This document shows positions 1 to 9,637 of a stretch of DNA of 32,204 nucleotides, in pieces. The DNA is from an uncultured delta proteobacterium (GTDB lineage Bacteria > Desulfobacterota > Binatia > UBA9968): contig CAWJZV010000038.1 in NCBI GenBank assembly GCA_963847445.1, positions 1 to 32,204 of the forward strand, read 5' to 3'. The translations under genes were made by a program, and so were the position numbers. Within the stretch, counting starts at the first letter, position 1. Each line of letters opens with the position of its first letter. Below the pieces are notes generated by a model. The model worked only from the letters and a program-made list of their open reading frames with translations, was not told the origin of the DNA and made no database searches.

Positions 1-407
1 GCTTGCGCAAAGTGTCGCCCCACCCGAGCGCCGACATTCATCCCGAGACCGCGAAACGCTACGGCATCACGGATAAGACCTGGATGGTCATAGAAAGCCC
101 GCGCGATTCGATTCGCGCCAAGGCGCGGGTCACCGATGCAATTGCACCGGGTGTAGTGTGCTGCCAGCATGGCTGGTGGCAAGAGTGCAAGGCGCTGGAG
201 CTGCCCGGTTACGATTCCTACGGCGCCGGTTCAGCCAATCCGAGTTTGCTGATCGGTTCAGATATCGCCGATCCGATTAGCGGTTCGTTGCCGCATCGGT
301 CCTTTCTGTGCCGTGTCCGGCCGGCGCCGTCAAGACGAGAAAGATTTTTAACCCCTACCCGATGCAATGCTGCCGGTGATATTGGAAGTAGCGGGAATGG
401 AAATTGA
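1..407 (+). CDS. Molybdopterin-dependent oxidoreductase, C-terminal molybdopterin-dinucleotide-binding domain (5' partial)
   Basis: ORF 3..407 reads IHPETAKRYGI..W..IESPRDSIRAKARVTDAIAPGVV..QHGWW..ANP..DPISGS, typical of the Molydop_binding domain of DMSO-reductase-family enzymes; begins before the window. Confidence 0.85.
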   Translation, partial: LRKVSPHPSADIHPETAKRYGITDKTWMVIESPRDSIRAKARVTDAIAPGVVCCQHGWWQECKALELPGYDSYGAGSANPSLLIGSDIADPISGSLPHRSFLCRVRPAPSRRERFLTPTRCNAAGDIGSSGNGN

Positions 408-560
408 TTCGAGTTCACAGTTTGAAAGGTAAATCTCTCGGTGTCATGATCGCTTGATTCGGTAATGCGCAGATCCGCAGACTGGGTGGGTAGGTGGCTA
501 CATGTCATTGGATGAGTCTTACTTTCCTGTACCCTCAACGAGGAGGCGGTACGCGAACCG

Positions 561-830
561 ATGCTCGGGCGCGTAGCTGAACTCGTACGCGCGACCGGCG
601 TCGACCCCGATTCCGCGATGATCGCCGATTACTTTCTCGATGATACATCCTTCTACTTTGGAATCCTTGTTACTTCTGACAGGAGGGTATTTCAGTTCGG
701 CTACGATCATTTGCACAATTCCAAATGGAGACTACTGTCGGAGTGGAACGAACTGACAATCACGTGGCGGTCTTCGCCTTACTGGGAGGAAGTAGCCGCA
801 GCCCTCAAGTCGCTTGGTGCGGCTACTTAA
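561..830 (+). CDS. Hypothetical protein (~90-110 aa)
   Basis: Protein-like 89 aa ORF (FYFGILVTSDRRVFQFGYD, SEWNELT..W..SPYWEEV). The frame stays open back to ~516; an ATG at 502 in another frame suggests a frameshifted longer start. No family recognised. Confidence 0.5.
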   Translation: MLGRVAELVRATGVDPDSAMIADYFLDDTSFYFGILVTSDRRVFQFGYDHLHNSKWRLLSEWNELTITWRSSPYWEEVAAALKSLGAAT

Positions 831-888
831 AGGGAAAGGGGACTATCTTGTTTGCGACCACCGTACACCGCAGCGTATGTACAATTCA

Positions 889-1915
889 TCACCGAAACGC
901 GGGCAAAATCTCGCGCGAACAATTGCAGCATTTCGGAGTGTCGTTCGAGACTCGGATAGATGAATTTGATCTCGAAGTGGGATACGCCGGCGTCGCTGTA
1001 GGCTTGGACTTGGTTGCGGATCTCTTCCGGCGAGCCGATCAAGCTTACCGCGGCTAGTTGTTCGACAGTCATCATTCTTTCGAATGTGCTTTGGCCGATC
1101 GCTAACGTGCCGTAGCCGTCTTGGCGCGCTTTGGCGCCGTCTTCGTCGATGCAGCCGTAGACTTCGATGCCGAGTTCGATTTTATCCGGGTCGCGGCCAA
1201 GTTTTTCCGCTTGTTCCTTCAACTCGCGAAAGCGTTTGCCGATGTCTTCGGGCAGGAGCCACGCCGGCAGCCAGCCGTCGCCTAAGGCGGCGGTTCTTCG
1301 CATGGCCGCTTCGGTCCAGCCGCCGACCCAGAGCGGCGGGTTGGGTTTTTGCAGCGGCTTGGGACAGATCTCGGCGTTTTCAAACTTGACGAACGGGCCG
1401 TCGTAGCTCGCCGGATGATTCGACCAGATGGTTTTCATCGCGCGCAGGTGGTCGTCGGCGATCTTGCCGCGCTGTTTGCGATTCACCCCCAGCACTTCGT
1501 ACTCGCGCGACTTGATCGTCGACGGCGAGCCGATGCCGACGCCGATGTCGAGCCGGCCGCCGCACAGGACGTCGAGAGTGGCGATTTGTTTGGCCGCCAG
1601 GAGCGGATTGCGGCAGGGCACGACGACGCAAGCGATGCCGAGACGAACTTTGTGAACTTGCCCGGCGATGAATGCCAGCGAGGTCATCGCTTCAAAGAAG
1701 TCGGGGCTCGGGTTGCCGGTGTGCGAGTCGTCGGAGCCCGATGAGATATGCGTGCGATGAATCTCGTCGGACCAGGTCAGGTGATCGTGCACCCACACCG
1801 AATCGAAACCCAGCGCCTCGACTTCTTGCGCGACCCGCAGCATCGACTGCGGCGATGCCAGCGGCCCGGAGTTGGGAATGCGAATGCCGAAGCTGACTTT
1901 GTGCGGGTTGCTCAT
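889..1915 (-). CDS. LLM-class (luciferase-like) flavin/F420-dependent oxidoreductase
   Basis: FGIRIP..EALGFDSVWVHDH..AKQIATLDVLCGGRLDIGVGIG..PKPLQKPNPPLWVGG..GDGWLP motifs; AAGGAG RBS before ATG 1915. As sequenced the frame runs to 827; a small indel near 910 probably hides the true end FAREILPAFR* (TGA 889-891). Confidence 0.9.
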
Positions 1916-2017
1916 GGATGGCCGCTCCTTCGAATTGGTAACTAATACGAAGCGAAAGCGGCTTGCAACCGACTCCAAACATTGCGGCGTCGGCGCGGTG
2001 CTGGCATAGTCGTCGGT

Positions 2018-3226
2018 ATGAAGCTATCGCGATATTCAATTTTGTTGCTGTGCACCGCCGTGGCGACCATGACTTCCATCGGCATGAGCACGTTTAGTTT
2101 GTTCCTGCCGCCGATCGAGAAAGAATTCGGCTTGTCGCGCTCGATGGTGACGCTGCCTTACATGGTGGCGATGCTCGGCTGGGCTGCCGGGGCGTTGACG
2201 TTCGGTAAGCTCGCCGACGACCGCGGCTCGCGGCCGGTGGTTTTGATCGGTATCGCGCTGATGGGAATGGGATTTGCCGGCATGGGATTGTCGCAGAATT
2301 TGTGGCAGCTCTCGCTGTCGTACGGCGTCTGTGTCGGCATGGCCATGGGCGCGTGCAGTCTGGTGATCATGTCGCTTTTGGTTTCGAAACATTTCGCCAC
2401 CAATCGCGGCCTTGCGGTGGCAGTGATCCAAACCGCGCCGCCGATGAGCCCGCTGTTGTTCGCGCCGGTTATCTATTTCCTGATTCGTTCCTATGACTGG
2501 CGCACCGCTGCACTGTTAGTCAGCGCATTATTGTTCTTGATCGCCTGGCCGCTCGCCTGGTTCGGCGCCCGCGATCCTGAAGACTCGCGGTTCAACCGCA
2601 GCGCGCGAGTGGGCTGGAGCGCCTGCCTGCCATATCTGCGCACGCGCTCGATGCGACTGTTGTTCGCCGTGCGCTTCTCCTGCGGCGTGGCATTCTTCCA
2701 AATCGCCCATCTGGTCGCGCTGACCATGAACAAAGGATTCGATGCCGCCACCGGCGCCAAGGCGGTAAGCGTTTTCGGTGCAGGCGCGGTGATATCGGCG
2801 CTGCTCTTCGGCTGGCTCTCGGATCGTTACGGCAGGCCTCGCATCTTGGGCTTGAGCTATCTCACGCGCGGTGTCGGCACTCTATTGATGGCCCTGGATA
2901 TCAGCAACGCTTATGTCTACTACGCCGTGGTCGCTCTGGCGATCGGTCCGACGTTCGGCACGGTGGCGGTGGGAAATGTCTTGTTCTACGAGCTAGTCGG
3001 GCCGCGTATGGCGGGGATGGTCCTCGGCATGAGCTTCATCGTACATCAGATCGGCTCCGCCGCCGGCCCGATGGTCGCCAGTATTACCTACGACCGCACC
3101 GGTAGCTACGATGGTTTCCTGGTGGTGATGAGCTTGGTACTGCTGGCGTCGGGGTTGGCGCTCTTTCTTGAGAAAAATACCGACGCCGTACCGATCGCCG
3201 TTGCGCCGGTGGCTAGTCGAACCTGA
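2018..3226 (+). CDS. MFS transporter
   Basis: About 12 hydrophobic segments; MFS motif A twice (GKLADDRGSR, GWLSDRYGRP). Confidence 0.92.
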   Translation: MKLSRYSILLLCTAVATMTSIGMSTFSLFLPPIEKEFGLSRSMVTLPYMVAMLGWAAGALTFGKLADDRGSRPVVLIGIALMGMGFAGMGLSQNLWQLSLSYGVCVGMAMGACSLVIMSLLVSKHFATNRGLAVAVIQTAPPMSPLLFAPVIYFLIRSYDWRTAALLVSALLFLIAWPLAWFGARDPEDSRFNRSARVGWSACLPYLRTRSMRLLFAVRFSCGVAFFQIAHLVALTMNKGFDAATGAKAVSVFGAGAVISALLFGWLSDRYGRPRILGLSYLTRGVGTLLMALDISNAYVYYAVVALAIGPTFGTVAVGNVLFYELVGPRMAGMVLGMSFIVHQIGSAAGPMVASITYDRTGSYDGFLVVMSLVLLASGLALFLEKNTDAVPIAVAPVASRT

Positions 3227-3245
3227 GTGTCAGTCAGGTGGACAA

Positions 3246-4031
3246 TTAGCTCATCAGCCGCCCGCCGGACACATTCAATGATTCGCCGGTGGTATGCGAT
3301 GAGTCGCTCGAAGCCAGAAATAGCGCGGCGTTGGCAACTTCTTCGTGCTTGGCGTACTTGCGTAACGGTGTGAGGGAGAGGATTTGCGCCTCGTGTGCCT
3401 CGACCGACATGCCCAAGTTCTTTGCCCGTTGGGCGTACATCTCGCGCAGGTCCGGTTCGTCCATGCCGCCGGGGCAGATGATGTTGGCGCGGATGCCATG
3501 GGGACCATATTCCTTGGCGATGGTTTGCGTTAGCCCGACCACGCCCCACTTGGCGGCGCACAGCGAGCCGCGCATCGCCATGCCTTCGCGGCCGGCGGTG
3601 CCGGAGATGCTGACGATGCTGCCGCTTTTCTGCTTGACCATTTGTTTGAGCACGGCGCGGCAGCAGAGAAACACCAGCTTCAAGTTGTAGAGAATCACAT
3701 CGTCGAATTCTTTTTCGCTGATCTCGGTGACCGCGACCAATGGGCCGCGGAAGCCGGCGCTGTTGATCAAAATATCGATCTTGCCGAAACGGCGCACGGT
3801 TTCGTCGACCAAGGTGTTAACCTGGCGGTCGTCGCTGCAGTCGGCGGTAATCGCGACGGCTTTGCCGCCCTTTTGATTGACCGCGTTCGCCACTGCGTCG
3901 AGTTCGGTTTTCATTCTTTCGAGATCGACCAGGACGAGGCTCGCGCCTTCTTTGGAAAAAGTGTGGGCGATGGTTTCGCCGATGCCGCGGGCGCCGCCGA
4001 TGATCAGGGCTACCTGACCGTCTAACTTCAT
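3246..4031 (-). CDS. SDR-family NAD(P)-dependent oxidoreductase
   Basis: GGARGIG glycine motif, GKIDILINSAG, GIRANIICPG, TTGESLNVSGG; GGAGGA RBS. Catalytic YxxxK appears as LCAAK. Confidence 0.92.
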   Translation of the reverse strand: MKLDGQVALIIGGARGIGETIAHTFSKEGASLVLVDLERMKTELDAVANAVNQKGGKAVAITADCSDDRQVNTLVDETVRRFGKIDILINSAGFRGPLVAVTEISEKEFDDVILYNLKLVFLCCRAVLKQMVKQKSGSIVSISGTAGREGMAMRGSLCAAKWGVVGLTQTIAKEYGPHGIRANIICPGGMDEPDLREMYAQRAKNLGMSVEAHEAQILSLTPLRKYAKHEEVANAALFLASSDSSHTTGESLNVSGGRLMS

Positions 4032-4187
4032 GTTAATTCCTCCTGGATTGGCCCAGGAGCGGGCTGATCGAATGAAGGCTCTCAGTCAGCTTACCTTACT
4101 GAATTGTCTTGACGAGAACAACGAAGATCGAATAGCTTTCAGCCGATCGCGATGACTTGACGGATTGACGACCTTGGAGGCGTGACC

Positions 4188-5196
4188 ATGGGTAAAACAA
4201 TTGTCGGTTTAATAGTTTCTTGTGTCATGATTGGTCCCGCTTATGGCCAAGACGCCAAGCTCATCGACGCGGCAAAAAGGGAAGGCGGAAAAGTGGTTGT
4301 CTACAGTTCGATGGAGTCGAGCATCTCGGATGGCATCGCCGCTGGCTTCAAAAAGAAAACGGGTTTGGAAATGGATTATTGGCGAGGATCGTCGACCAAG
4401 GTGCTCGATCGCGCTCTGAACGAGCATCGCGCCGGCAAGCCGCTCTTCGACGTCGCGATTACCATCGCCGATCCGATGTTCTTGATGCAAAGGGAAGGCG
4501 TGTTCGCCAAGTATGAATCGCCACGCGGCGGCGGATTATCCGAAAGCTTTGATCGATCCCAATCTTGGACCGAATTACCGCACGCTGTTGATTGGCATCG
4601 TTTACAACACGGTCGCCATCAAGCCCGCTGACGCGCCCAAGTCATTTGAAGATCTCGTGAAGCCGCAGTTCAAGGGCAAAGTCATCATGCCGGATCCGAC
4701 GCAACACACGACGACCACACAGTGGGTCGCGAGTCTGCCGAAGCTATTGGGTAAGGATCGGGCCGACAAATTCGTCCGCGACCTGGCGGCGTCAAAGCCG
4801 ATTCTCGCCGAGTCGCTGCTGCCGCCGGTCGAGCGGGCGGTCAGCGGCGAAGTGCCGATCGCGATCACACTACTGCATTACACCTACGTGTTCCGCCAGC
4901 AGGGCGCGCCGTTGGATTATGTGCGCATGCCGAAGTTGCTCGGCGACGGCAATTACGTCGCGTTAGGCAACAAAGCGCCTCATCCCAACGCGGGCAAGGC
5001 GTTCATCGATTATTTTCTCGATGACGAATGCATGAATCTCATGTCCAAGCTCGGCGAGTTCGTCAATCGCAAAGGCATTGTGCCGCCGCTCGAAGGCGTC
5101 GACAAGATTCAGTTCGTGCCGATGGACCGGCTCGACGCCAAAACCTACGCCGAGAAAAAGAAGGAGTATCAGAAGTTGTTTCTTGCGCTAGAATAA
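4188..5196 (+). CDS. Extracellular solute-binding protein (AfuA/Fe3+/polyamine-like SBP family), frameshift ~4524
   Basis: Signal peptide then AAKREGGKVVVYSS, YNT..APKSFEDLVKPQFKGK, KAPHPNAGKAFIDYFL; ORFs 4182..4631 and 4513..5196 join by removing one base (ESP-AAADYP); GGAGG RBS. Confidence 0.85.
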
Positions 5197-5356
5197 CGAA
5201 GGGATAGAAGAGATTGGCCGGAAAGAACGCAAAGTGCCTAGAACGCGGAAATACTGCCGCTTGGAATAGGGCGGGTTTGAAATTCGCACTTTCGAGTAGT
5301 CGAATTCGGTGCAAGCTCTGTTGGCATCAGCATCTAGACCGTTGGAGAGGCAAGGA

Positions 5357-5975
5357 ATGGCGAAAATTACCGATCCTTGGGATCATCACGATTGGGCGTC
5401 GCGCGATTATGTCTGAGCAGTGGGCCGAGCGGCAAGACACCAAAGAAACCGCATCGCGCAGGATGCGTTCAAAGTATCGCCGACAGTTTGCCGTTCGAGC
5501 CGAGCGCTAAGATCACGATTCTGGATATCGGCGCCGGCTACGGCGCGTTGACTAGTTTTCTTCTCGGCGAATTTCCCAACGCCAAGGCGGTCTGCCACGA
5601 CGGTTCGGCCGAGATGCTCGCCCTCGGGCGCAAGCGCTTGGCGAAGTTAAAAGGACGGGTGAAGTTCGTGCAATGCGATCTAAGCAAAACCGGCTGGAGC
5701 AAGAAGATCAAAGGACCATTCGACGCGGTGGTCTCGTCGATCGCGATTCACAATGTCCGCGAACATGACGATCATTCGGTCGATTTATGCGCGAGATTTT
5801 TTCGTTAGCTGAAGCCGGGCGGCTGCTTTTTGAATCTCGATCGCATGACACCCTCGGCAGCGGAACAGTTGAAATGGCTGCGCGGGCGGGATTCGCAGAT
5901 GTTCAGCGCTTCTGGGATGGCGGCAAGCGCGCCATCGTCGGCGGATTCAAGCGGCAGTTTTCTACCGGGAAGTAG
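5357..5975 (+). CDS. Class I SAM-dependent methyltransferase (several frameshifts)
   Basis: ATG 5357 after AAGGA (MAKITDPWDHHDW..), motif I ILDIGAGYG, FDAVVSSIAIHN, PGGCFLNLD, AGFADV; pieces lie in different frames. Confidence 0.8.
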
Positions 5976-6020
5976 GTTTACGAAAAGGCTCCAAATCTCA
6001 CCCCGTGGAAAGGACTTCGT

Positions 6021-6106
6021 CGTCATTCCCGCGCACGCGGGAATCCAGGCGGTCTTCGTTGTTGAGCTGAGAATAAACCTGGATGCTCGCGTTCGTGAGC
6101 ATGACG
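6021..6106. repeat. Palindromic REP-like element (GTCATTCCCGC..GCGGGAATCCAG / CTGGAT..ATGAC type)
   Basis: CGTCATTCCCGCGCACGCGGGAATCCAGG at 6021-6049 and degenerate inverted partner CCTGGATGCTCGCGTTCGTGAGCATGACG at 6078-6106; each arm has its own internal hairpin; lies between convergent genes. Confidence 0.7.
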
Positions 6107-6155
6107 GAGTAAGAGTGTGCTACTCATCTTCGCTGTCAATGACCGCTTCGGAGCG

Positions 6156-6451
6156 CTACCACTTCTTCAACGGACGGCCTTCGGCGTGCGCCATGACTTC
6201 TCGTTCCCAGAGTTTGCGATCGAGCAAGAGCCCGACGTCGGCGCGAATCAAGCGCTCGCTCTTCCGTTCCGACAACGGTCCGATTGGCCAACCTGGGTGA
6301 CGTAATCTTGGATCCAGATCATGTTCGCCTTGTCGTCGCCGTCGATGTCTTGAATGCGCAGCTCGCCGCGCAGGATCGCTTCGCCGAGTTCGATGTAGGA
6401 TCGGCCGACTTTGATCGGCCGCGGGCGGCGTGGCGCAGGCGATATATGCAA
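6156..6451 (-). CDS. Small hypothetical protein or gene fragment (frameshift ~6300)
   Basis: ORF 6248..6451 (PIKVGRSYIELGEAILRGELRIQDIDGDDKANMIWIQDY) continues after one frame change as HPGWPIGPLSERKSERLIRADVGLLLDRKLWEREVMAHAEGRPLKKW*; GC3-rich codons but a weak TTG start. Confidence 0.4.
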
Positions 6452-6462
6452 GATGCTATCGG

Positions 6463-7545
6463 CTATTTCAGATAGTATCTTGCCATCAAATTGTCCACGC
6501 CGGCTTTAGCGCAGGCTTCTTCGAACATCGTTCGGACGACCGGATCTTCGTCCTCGTACTCGATCTGATTGCCGCCGAGTTTGACGTCGACGTCGGCTTT
6601 GCCGCGGCCTTCGCCCCACATCTCGTGATACTTCTGGCTGCCCCAGCGCAGCGCTAAATAACGCACGGGAACGGCGCCGGAATTGAAATGTTGGTGGAAC
6701 CAGCCGCCCGGAGGCACGATCAGGCTGCCGGGGTGCCAATCGAAGCGTTTGATCTCCTGGCCGCGCGGCCAGAGTAGCGAATAGCCGTCGCCGGCGAGGA
6801 TGATCACATGGGCGCCGGGGCCGTGGAAGTGGGCTTTCTTGTAGCTGCCGACGGCGAACTGCGAGATATGGCCGCAGAGCGTGTTCTCCGATAGTTCCAA
6901 GCGCACCTGCGAGCCGCCGCCGCCGCGCTCCTTCCATTCTAAGAGTTTCAAATTCTTCACATCGGCGACGAAGTTGGTGTTCCAGGTGCGGCCGGAATAC
7001 CAGGTGCCGGGATTGCCGAAGTAATCTTCCTGGGAGTGGTAGCGATCGCTGAAGACATAGGGACAATTGAAGATAAAATCGGTGTTGTGAATCAGGTTGA
7101 TCATGCAGGGCGCGCTGGTGACGGCGAGAAAGCGCGCGGGCTCACTGCCGTTGCCGTTGAAAATCTCGTGCCAGGAATTGAGCGGCGGCGAGAATAGCGA
7201 GCCTTCCTGCCATTCAAATGTCCGCTTCGGTTCGCCGTCGTTCCAGATCGTCGCCGCGCCGCGGCCGCTGATGACGTAGATCAACTCCTCGTACATATGC
7301 TTTTCCGGCGCCAAGGATTTGCCGGGCGGAATCTCGCAGATATAGGCGTCGTTGGTTTCGCCGGTGCCTTCCAAACACAAGCGCACGCCCAGGCCGCCGG
7401 TGCGTTTCCAGGGTTCCAGCGGCACGTTGGCGATATCGTCGACGAAGAAACTCTCGACCAGCGGTATGCCTTCGCTCTCGACCCATTTTCTATAAGTTCC
7501 GCCGGTGCCGACGACGGATTCGCTGGAAATCTTTGGTTCTTGCAT
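6463..7545 (-). CDS. Bicupin protein (gentisate 1,2-dioxygenase-like cupin family)
   Basis: Two cupin modules: EKHMYEELIYVISGRG..PPLNSWHEIFN and AHFHGPGAHVIILAGDG..VPPGGWFHQHFN; GGGAG RBS. Confidence 0.85.
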   Translation of the reverse strand: MQEPKISSESVVGTGGTYRKWVESEGIPLVESFFVDDIANVPLEPWKRTGGLGVRLCLEGTGETNDAYICEIPPGKSLAPEKHMYEELIYVISGRGAATIWNDGEPKRTFEWQEGSLFSPPLNSWHEIFNGNGSEPARFLAVTSAPCMINLIHNTDFIFNCPYVFSDRYHSQEDYFGNPGTWYSGRTWNTNFVADVKNLKLLEWKERGGGGSQVRLELSENTLCGHISQFAVGSYKKAHFHGPGAHVIILAGDGYSLLWPRGQEIKRFDWHPGSLIVPPGGWFHQHFNSGAVPVRYLALRWGSQKYHEMWGEGRGKADVDVKLGGNQIEYEDEDPVVRTMFEEACAKAGVDNLMARYYLK

Positions 7546-7578
7546 AACCGCTGTCTCCCGGAGGTTTCAATGAAAATG

Positions 7579-7614
7579 CTCGGCCGTTCGAACCGGCAAG
7601 ATCGAACGGCCGAG
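7579..7614. repeat. 13-bp perfect inverted repeat (terminator/processing stem) between aldolase and cupin genes
   Basis: CTCGGCCGTTCGA-N10-TCGAACGGCCGAG; followed on the minus strand by CATTTT. Confidence 0.55.
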
Positions 7615-7642
7615 AAGTGGGAGTTAACCCGAGCGATTCCAA

Positions 7643-8611
7643 CTAGCCCATCAGCTTGGAATATTTCTCGCGCAGCTTGGCGTAACGCTGGCCGCCTTCG
7701 GTGGCGGCTTTGCGGAAATCCTCCGGCATATAGTCATAGGGCGGGCGGATCGGGCCGGTCTTGCAGTAGCCGGACGCCGCCATCAAGACTTTTTCCAGCT
7801 GAATGTTGTAGGAGGCGAATATTTCTTGCGAACCGGTGATGGCGTGGTGCGGCTCGTTGGCCCAGGCGATGTCGGCGGCGACTGCTTTGGCTTGCTCGGC
7901 GGCGCCGTCGGCGAGCGCTTTCATCAGCGCGATGGCGACCTGCGGGCCGACAGAAGGAATCCAGCAAGTGGTTTGCGACGCTGGGGATATCTGCGCGAAC
8001 TCGTAGGCAAGACCGACGGGCGGCACGAAGTTGACGCGGCCTTTGGCGACTTCGACGCATTGTTTGAGAATCGCCTTGCTGGAAAATTTCGCCGACATCA
8101 CCGTCGGCGCTTTGTCGACTACTTGGCGCCAGAATTCGACGCCGAAGTCGAAGCGAAAGGCGCGCGGGTTGGCGTAAACCATGATCGGAAAATCGCCAAA
8201 GGTGTCGGCGACATCGGCGTAGAATTTCACCGCCATCTCGACGTTGGCCGGCTGCCACATAGGTATGCCCAACAACGTTCCGGTGGCGCCGCGTTCTTTT
8301 ACGAACTTGATGCGGCGGGCAATCTCGTGACCGCCGAGCGCTGTGGTGCCGACGAAGGTCGGTATCCGGCCGCGCACGGTGCGCAGCAGGCAGTCGACAT
8401 AGGCTTCGTAGTCGGCTTGGGATGTCGTGGCGCATTCGCCCATGGTGCCGAGCGCCATGATGCCGTTGGCGCCATCGCGCACCAAAGCTTCCGCGACGCG
8501 GGCGGTTTCATCGAGGTCGACGGTGTTGGTCGCATCCAAACGTTCGGCCCCCGGTTTTGCCGGCGTCGGCATGATGGCGAGTGCGCCTTTCAAATCCTGA
8601 GCGGTGATCAT
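7643..8611 (-). CDS. DHDPS/N-acetylneuraminate-lyase superfamily enzyme, NahE-like (benzylidenepyruvate hydratase-aldolase subgroup)
   Basis: By recall of NahE, colinear motifs: TAQDLKGA.AIMPTP, TVDLDETAR, GTMGECAT, GTTAL, LGIPMW, YANP.AF.FDF, SAK (Schiff-base Lys), YNI.LEK..M.A.G..K.GP.RPPY; GGAGGAG RBS. Confidence 0.88.
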   Translation of the reverse strand: MITAQDLKGALAIMPTPAKPGAERLDATNTVDLDETARVAEALVRDGANGIMALGTMGECATTSQADYEAYVDCLLRTVRGRIPTFVGTTALGGHEIARRIKFVKERGATGTLLGIPMWQPANVEMAVKFYADVADTFGDFPIMVYANPRAFRFDFGVEFWRQVVDKAPTVMSAKFSSKAILKQCVEVAKGRVNFVPPVGLAYEFAQISPASQTTCWIPSVGPQVAIALMKALADGAAEQAKAVAADIAWANEPHHAITGSQEIFASYNIQLEKVLMAASGYCKTGPIRPPYDYMPEDFRKAATEGGQRYAKLREKYSKLMG

Positions 8612-8738
8612 AAATTTCTCCTCCGATCGGTTTAAGCACGTTGTCGTTGATTGATTTGATTGCCTCTTAACATGTCCGGTAAAGCTGTGGCAAACACAGG
8701 AAATGATTCTGTTGCACCGAGTGGTCGCTTGTTGCGGG

Positions 8739-8764
8739 GGGCGGACACATAGGTCCGTCCCTAC
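8739..8764 (-). repeat. GTAG-type REP palindrome
   Basis: Minus strand GTAGGGACGGACCTATGTGTCCGCCC: GTAG tetranucleotide plus imperfect hairpin; its TAG supplies the sfsA stop codon. Confidence 0.6.
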
Positions 8765-9457
8765 AATTGGATGGCAATTCGTTCGGACAGTATGATTTCT
8801 TTGGGCGTCACCTTGGCAATGTAGGGCAGGGCTTCGACGCCGGCTTTGACGGCTCGGCGCAGCCAGCGACCGTATTCGCTATCGATCTCGTCGGCGGGGC
8901 GAAAGGTGTCGCAGTCGCCGCGTTGAATGACGAAGACGATGGCGGCGCGGTGGCCTTGGCGCTTGAGGCGCATGAGTTCTTTCAAGTGTTTGGTGCCCCG
9001 TTCGCTGACGGCGTCGGGAAAAGCCGCGCTGCCGTCGACGGCGAGGGTGACGTTTTTCACTTCGACGAAGCAGTTGCCGCCGCTTCCTTCCAGGCACAAG
9101 TCGAGTCGCGTGTGGGCGCTGACTTTGACTTCGCGGCGAATGATGGAGTAGCCGCTCAGTTCTGTCGATCACGCCCGACTCGATCGCTTCCGGCACGAGT
9201 TTGTTCGGGTGCATGGTATTGATGCCGACCCAGCGGCCGGCGATCTCGATCATTTCCCAGGTGTAGGCGAGTTTACGGTTCAAATTGTCGCTGCGCGAAA
9301 TGTAAACCGCGCTGCCGGGCTCTTTGCAGCCCATCATGCTGCCGGTGTTGGTGCAGTGGGCGGTGACGATGGCGCCGTCTTCCAGACGCACATCGGCGAG
9401 AAATCGCTTGTAGCGTTGGATCAGCGTGCCGCGGATCAGACGGGACTTGAAGCGCAT
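8761..9457 (-). CDS. sfsA: DNA/RNA nuclease SfsA (sugar fermentation stimulation protein), frameshift ~9165
   Basis: RYKRFLADV, AHCTNTGSM.G, RKLAYTWE, VGINT then RLD, FVEVKNVTL, FPDAVSERGTKHLKEL, FRPADEID. Confidence 0.92.
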
Positions 9458-9637
9458 GGGGATTTTATAACTGAAGAAGCAGGCGAATCCCACCGAAGCG
9501 CGAAAAGACTTCTCACGGAGTTGATCCTGGGCAGAGCCGAAGGAGTCCAAGTCACAGACTGACTTTGCGGCGCTTCCTTGAACAAGCGAAAACGCTTTGT
9601 TAGGAATCGTTAATCATTTTTCGAGTTGGGAGCGTTC

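Noticed and set aside
5414-5416. In-frame TGA early in the methyltransferase as possible recoding
   Set aside because: The protein continues in a different frame (EQWAERQD), so it is an inserted base rather than read-through.
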